NCBI GenBank assembly: GCA_965208325.1
Contig: OZ242326.1
Span: 3,296,001-3,360,000, forward strand
Length of the DNA stretch: 64,000 nucleotides
Origin: Candidatus Poribacteria bacterium
Lineage (GTDB): Bacteria > Poribacteria > WGA-4E > PCPOR2b
Direction of reading: 5' to 3'
Each line of letters starts with the position of its first letter. The first letter of the stretch is position 1. A program made the position numbers and the translations under genes. Under the pieces are notes generated by a model that was given only the letters and a program-made list of their open reading frames with translations, was not told the DNA's origin and did no database searches. This document shows positions 59,102 through 64,000 of this stretch, piece by piece.

Positions 59102-60670
59102 ATGTCCAATCTTTTGATGAAAACGCCGCCGGCTCGCACGGTTAAAGGCAAGGTCACTGATGAACGCGGCAACCCGATCGAAGGGGCACTGCTCTGTTCG
59201 ATATATCACTACCACGAATGCAGAGACGAAAAGCGAAACGAAAACACCGCCGCGACAGACGCTGCGGGAGCGTATTCGATCGACAGATGGGTTAACGACC
59301 GTCCACTGCTCTACGCAATGGCTGACGGCTATACGACTGGCGTCGTGCATCTCGATTTGGTCAATCATACTTCGTTCTCAATTGATTTTGCGCTCAAACC
59401 CGCTGTCGAAACATCAGGGCGTGTTGTTGACGAAAACGGCGAGCCGGTGGAACGGGCTTACGTCGGATTTCACTATCCTCTGCAACAACACGGGGTCTTA
59501 GACCCGTGGTCAACATTCACCGATGCGGACGGCCGTTTTTGTATCTCCGGATTGCCTGAAGGCGGGATGCGAGCCAAGGCTTCGCACGATGACTATCACA
59601 GAACTGAGGACTGGCAGGAGATAGTGTCGGGAGATACAGATGTCGAATTGGCGTTGACGCCGATAACCCTAGCGAAAATCCTCGGGCAGGTTGTTGATGC
59701 CGAAACGGGAAACCCGATTCACGATTTCACCTATTTTACAGACAGGCCGTACAAACCGTCAAAAGAGCGGGACTCAGCTTGGAGGGGATTGAAAGCGGAT
59801 GGACGCCGCGTTACATCGAAATCTGGAGAATTTACCACCAAGGCGCTCGAGATTGATTGTGAACTTGATATCATCGTAACAGCGGACGGATATGCACCAT
59901 TTCGCATCGGCAACGTTGTCGTGGGCTGCGAACGGCTTCGATTCCCACTGGAACGCGGCAAAACCGTTCATGGGCGCGTTGTTGAAGCCGATACAATGCA
60001 GCCGATTGCCAACGCGGCGGTTCGCCATTTCTGTGCCGAACGCCCATTAGTCCATATGCTAGGTGTCCAACGGTTCATTTTTTTTGGCGGGTCGGGTTCA
60101 GTTCGCTATGAAAAACAAGGTGGACAATCAAGCGTGACCGATGCAGCGGGGCGGTTCGTTCTCAACACTCTTGGTAAGATGGGGGGCTATCTTTACGTCG
60201 AGCCTCCAGATGGCAGCCGACTTGCACAGTCGGCTGTTGGACCAATCCAATTTGATGACGGGGTATCGGCACTCGAGATGGTCATCATATGTAACCCCGG
60301 TGGCACGATTCAAGGCAAGGTACCGGAACTGCCGGCGGCGGAAATTGCTCACTACAAGGATTTTCATGCCTGTTCAGCGGCACCAATAGAATCTGTCTGG
60401 CTCGCGTCAGACGAGATTCCACACCTTAAGATTGAATGCGGCCAGTTGATAGCCAGTTGCGGGGCGCTCAGCCTAGACGAAATGGACTGCGACGAATCAT
60501 ACGAGATACCGGATAGCCGCGAGTTTACGTTTTCGCGCGTTATGCCGGGGCGATGGCGGTTGGAACACTGTACCCACCACCCAGATTTTTTCTATGAAAC
60601 TGAAGAGATTGAGGTGCTTCCACTCCAGATTGGGAAAGGTGAGACGATTGCCGAACCGTTCAAAACTTGA
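59102..60670 (+). CDS. Carboxypeptidase-regulatory-like (prealbumin-fold) repeat protein, possibly 5'-truncated
   Basis: Repeated G.V.D..G.P...A and TDA.G.F units; no signal peptide. Confidence 0.75.
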   Translation: MSNLLMKTPPARTVKGKVTDERGNPIEGALLCSIYHYHECRDEKRNENTAATDAAGAYSIDRWVNDRPLLYAMADGYTTGVVHLDLVNHTSFSIDFALKPAVETSGRVVDENGEPVERAYVGFHYPLQQHGVLDPWSTFTDADGRFCISGLPEGGMRAKASHDDYHRTEDWQEIVSGDTDVELALTPITLAKILGQVVDAETGNPIHDFTYFTDRPYKPSKERDSAWRGLKADGRRVTSKSGEFTTKALEIDCELDIIVTADGYAPFRIGNVVVGCERLRFPLERGKTVHGRVVEADTMQPIANAAVRHFCAERPLVHMLGVQRFIFFGGSGSVRYEKQGGQSSVTDAAGRFVLNTLGKMGGYLYVEPPDGSRLAQSAVGPIQFDDGVSALEMVIICNPGGTIQGKVPELPAAEIAHYKDFHACSAAPIESVWLASDEIPHLKIECGQLIASCGALSLDEMDCDESYEIPDSREFTFSRVMPGRWRLEHCTHHPDFFYETEEIEVLPLQIGKGETIAEPFKT

Positions 60671-60842
60671 TACATGATGCGAATCAGGCACACAGAACCA
60701 ACCGAAAACGTGAGGTTTCGGACAACTTTTTTCGGTCAGTCGCAGCTACTGGAATTTTTCAGCGAGGCGGCGGGAAATCAGCGATTGCTGGCAAATCTTC
60801 TAACAACTCCGGCGACTCCGTAGTTCGAGATGCGAGGGGCCT

Positions 60843-63800
60843 TTAGACCAGCGCGGCGCTGCAAATAATCTGCGGCAGGTCTGCGTTCTGGGAATGGATG
60901 TCCTGCTGCCTCGTGTTCCATTCCCTCATGTTGTGTTGGCGGTAGAGATGGCTTAGGTTTCTGAGCAGCGCGTCTCCAGTTACACCGTTTCGGCGCAGCA
61001 GATTAAGCTCGCGGTTAAGCGCATCGGTAATGGCGCCGCGGAATGCACGCTCCAACAGGTTGATTTGCGCCTTAAGGTCTTCGCCGTTCGCCTCCATGTA
61101 GATAAGTTGCAACTCACGGATTACATACCGCTGCGCATGCGACAGCGAAAGTTTGTGCTCTCGTTCCGCACGACGCGCGCTAATCTCTCGGGCGAATTCT
61201 CGCTTGACCCGCATGACGGTTTGATTGTAATCGGCGGGCAACGCGCCGCCGAGCAGATCGGGTTCGCACTTGATGGTGGTGAGGATGCGAGGGATGTCTC
61301 TAGAGATAATCTCGCCTGCTTCGTTCAAGAGAAAGAGTTGCTGAAACTGCCCTGCTTGACAAAACAGGTAGGTGCCCTTTGATTCACTCGGCATCGCGGC
61401 GCGGATGCCGTCGCGAAGATTCGCGATTCGTTCAAATTCAGCCGGGTCATCGCGTTGCAACTGCCGCAGCAACTCCTCCGCCTCGTTAAGGTCCATCAAC
61501 TCTTTATCGTCATCGAAGAGGCTCAACTGGTCGCCCTGCCCCTCATAGATGGCGTACATTGCGGTTTCGTTGAGCTGCTCAGATTCATCAAGGATAGCCG
61601 CGTCCTCGCCGATGGTATCGTGAATCTCCTGGATCCGCGAACGGAGAATCTCACGCAACCCCAAATTCCGCTCGATTCCGGTTTCAGGTAGAAAATTGAA
61701 GCCGTAAATCACATCGTGTTTGCTTCCGATGCGGTCGATACGGCCGAACCGCTGGATGAGCCGCACCGGATTCCAGTGGAGGTCGTAGTTGATGATTGTA
61801 TTCCCGTCTTGGAGGTTCAGCCCTTCCGCCAAGACATCGGTGGCGATGAGTGTGGACAGTTCCGATTCACCGCGTTGAAATTGGTACTCGGGATTCGCTT
61901 TCGGGGCGAACCGGCCCACGGCGCGTTCCTTGCTTTTTTCCCCGCTATAAATGACATCAATATCGCCGCGCTTGTTGTCCGGGTTGAGGTTCTTGTAAAG
62001 ATAGTCTGCGGTGTCCGCGTATTCCGTGAAGATTAGGCACTTGCCGCCTTGCAACGGGGGTTGTTCCAAGCGGTTTAGCAGCGATTGCAGCTTCGCGTCT
62101 TGTTCGGGGGTAATCGGATCGACCAGATTCAAGATTCTCTGCAACAGTTCTATGTCGTTGGAGAGGTGTTCTTGAAGCAATTCGACATTGAAATCGTCTG
62201 CCTTATACCGCTCGGACGCTGCTGCCAAAGCGTCCATTAGGTCTTGCTCTTCCACGGCGGAGGGTTCGTAAAGAATCGCCTGCGCATCATCGCCAGCGGG
62301 CACAATTCCGTTTTCGAGCGCCTCCGCGAATAGTCTGTGCAACCTAAGCAGCCGCCGTATCGTCTGCCTAAAGGCGTGGACGCTGGATTCAAAACGTTTG
62401 AATAGGAGAATTCGCATCAACCCGCGAAGATTTGCCCCGGATCTCTGCAGGTCGGCATACGGATCCTGCTTCTGCTTCGACGGGTGCACATAGTTCCAGA
62501 GTCCGTACCGCGCATAGGTAAGCTGTCCAGCCGCGAGCGAAGCCGAGTCTTTCCCGCGCGGTTTGCCCAAATGACCGCGCAACTCATGATAAAGCCCTTG
62601 ATATGTGTCTTCAATGCTGTAGGATACGGTTTCTAAGGAACGGTTAGGAAAGAACTGTTTGTTGCCGCCGACGAGGACATAAGCCGTTCGACCCCCGTTG
62701 AGGTACTGCTGAAACTCGGACGGATCGACCGGTTTTTCGGTCTGGGCATCGAAACCGTACCAGCGCAGAATGTGGCTGCGTGTGCGTCGAATCAGAATAT
62801 TTCCCAACAAATCGGGGAGCCGCCGCTCGCCCTTCTCAATTTTACGAAAGTATTCTCGCAGGTCGGGCGGGTCTATCGGCAAGTCGGTGATGTCGTTGGG
62901 GTGGAAGAGTTTAATCTGATGGAACACGTCCCAGGCGCTTTTGTTGCGTGGTGTTGCGGTGAGAAAACAGCAGCGCCGTCCAGATGCCAAGAACGTCTGC
63001 AGCAACTTATAGCGCTGCGTGTCGGAGTGGCGAAAGTTGTGGCTTTCGTCAATCAGCACGAAATTGCGGTCGCGGTATCTGACATCGTTAAACACCGAGG
63101 ATGTCGCGCCATCCGCACTCTCTGGGTTTTCTCCGGCACGCTCGCGCAACTTGCCCATGGAAAGGACGCGGGCGTTGAGATGGTACACCTCATTGTAGCG
63201 TTCCCACATGTTGACCAGCGGCGCCGGACAGATAATGAGCGGACGCGCATGCTCGGTCCATTCAAAGTGCTTGATAATTGACGCGCCGACGTAGCTTTTT
63301 CCGAGCCCCACGACATCGGAAACAAAGACACCGCCGTTATCGCGGATTATCTGCACCGCTTGCCGCACGGCGACCTTTTGAAAATCCGCCAGATCCTTGG
63401 TAATGTCATCCTCCCAGAGAACCTCGCGGTCATCACCGCCCTCCAGCCGGTCTTTTACCAATTCGTACAGCGTTTTCATGTAGATGTCGTAGGGCTTAAC
63501 GAGCGCGTACCCCCATGAGGCTTTCATCGCCTCCATCAGGGATGCATCGAAGTCTTCCGCTTCGGCCCAAAGTTCGTCGAACCAGCGGCAGAGTTCGGCG
63601 TGGTTCGCAGCGCCGTGCACAACCACATTGAGTTCGGTGTTGTGGTTTAGGCCGGATAATGTGAGGTTGGACGATCCTATGACAGCGGCTCCTTTTTCGT
63701 ACCGTCCGTTTTGGCGATAGTCGAAGATGTAGGCTTTTGCGTGCAGCCGTCCTTTGGTATAAACCCGCACGAGAAGGCGTTTCTCGGCAATCATCTGTAC

Positions 63801-64000
63801 GATGGACTTGATTAGGGCTTCGGCTTCATCGGTCTGATCCATGAATTCCACGGATTCGCTGATGTTTTCTGCGGTTGCAACGCCCATCTGTCTTGCGTCG
63901 GCGCGTTTAACATAGCGCTGCGTGTCCGCCTTTTCGACAACCTGTTCAAGCCTTCGATGCCCCTCCGCGAGCTGCTCTAGCGTGTCCCGATCCGTGGTGT
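60843..64000 (-). CDS. PLD(HKD)-nuclease / SNF2-like helicase, 5'-partial
   Basis: LHAKAY...GSSNLT, DVVGLGKS, IDESHN, LTATP, AEGLNLQ, QRFGRIDR. The frame stays open to the window edge. Confidence 0.9.
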   Translation of the reverse strand, partial: TTDRDTLEQLAEGHRRLEQVVEKADTQRYVKRADARQMGVATAENISESVEFMDQTDEAEALIKSIVQMIAEKRLLVRVYTKGRLHAKAYIFDYRQNGRYEKGAAVIGSSNLTLSGLNHNTELNVVVHGAANHAELCRWFDELWAEAEDFDASLMEAMKASWGYALVKPYDIYMKTLYELVKDRLEGGDDREVLWEDDITKDLADFQKVAVRQAVQIIRDNGGVFVSDVVGLGKSYVGASIIKHFEWTEHARPLIICPAPLVNMWERYNEVYHLNARVLSMGKLRERAGENPESADGATSSVFNDVRYRDRNFVLIDESHNFRHSDTQRYKLLQTFLASGRRCCFLTATPRNKSAWDVFHQIKLFHPNDITDLPIDPPDLREYFRKIEKGERRLPDLLGNILIRRTRSHILRWYGFDAQTEKPVDPSEFQQYLNGGRTAYVLVGGNKQFFPNRSLETVSYSIEDTYQGLYHELRGHLGKPRGKDSASLAAGQLTYARYGLWNYVHPSKQKQDPYADLQRSGANLRGLMRILLFKRFESSVHAFRQTIRRLLRLHRLFAEALENGIVPAGDDAQAILYEPSAVEEQDLMDALAAASERYKADDFNVELLQEHLSNDIELLQRILNLVDPITPEQDAKLQSLLNRLEQPPLQGGKCLIFTEYADTADYLYKNLNPDNKRGDIDVIYSGEKSKERAVGRFAPKANPEYQFQRGESELSTLIATDVLAEGLNLQDGNTIINYDLHWNPVRLIQRFGRIDRIGSKHDVIYGFNFLPETGIERNLGLREILRSRIQEIHDTIGEDAAILDESEQLNETAMYAIYEGQGDQLSLFDDDKELMDLNEAEELLRQLQRDDPAEFERIANLRDGIRAAMPSESKGTYLFCQAGQFQQLFLLNEAGEIISRDIPRILTTIKCEPDLLGGALPADYNQTVMRVKREFAREISARRAEREHKLSLSHAQRYVIRELQLIYMEANGEDLKAQINLLERAFRGAITDALNRELNLLRRNGVTGDALLRNLSHLYRQHNMREWNTRQQDIHSQNADLPQIICSAALV

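Noticed and set aside
1..64000. tRNA or rRNA genes
   Set aside because: None recognised by eye; tRNAscan-SE or Infernal would be needed to exclude them.

Overview
Bacterial chromosomal window, probably from Candidatus Poribacteria or a PVC-like lineage (inferred from protein families, not from a search). The left end carries a partial GH116-like glycosidase, a DUF1501 + PSD1/cytochrome-c pair, a GlmU-like acetyltransferase and glmS. An ~19 kb defence island follows (8.7-27.8 kb). It holds a Panacea/DUF5678-like/retropepsin operon, an IS3 remnant, a detached mini-array, a 41-repeat CRISPR array and a complete minus-strand type I-B cas locus (WYL-RAYT-cas6-cas8[cas11]-cas7-cas5-cas3 // TA genes // cas1-cas2-cas4). 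The cas locus has four unusual features. (1) A REP-associated tyrosine transposase sits inside the operon and one palindrome family occupies most cas gene junctions. (2) A 17-nt core of the CRISPR repeat lies in the cas6 5' UTR. (3) TAATG(A/C)G heptamer tracts lie between cas1 and cas2 and upstream of the WYL gene. (4) The mini-array spacer carries a 25-nt exact match to the cas1-cas2 heptamer tract. The rest is mostly housekeeping: rsmE, rimP-nusA-infB-rbfA-truB-ribF-rpsO-pnp, gcvTHP, trkAH, moxR, nadA and a UbiD decarboxylase. These are followed by PhyH-HEAT, Zn-dehydrogenase, WD40 and carboxypeptidase-regulatory-domain genes and a partial PLD-SNF2 helicase. All calls come from motif recognition by eye; no database searches were run.
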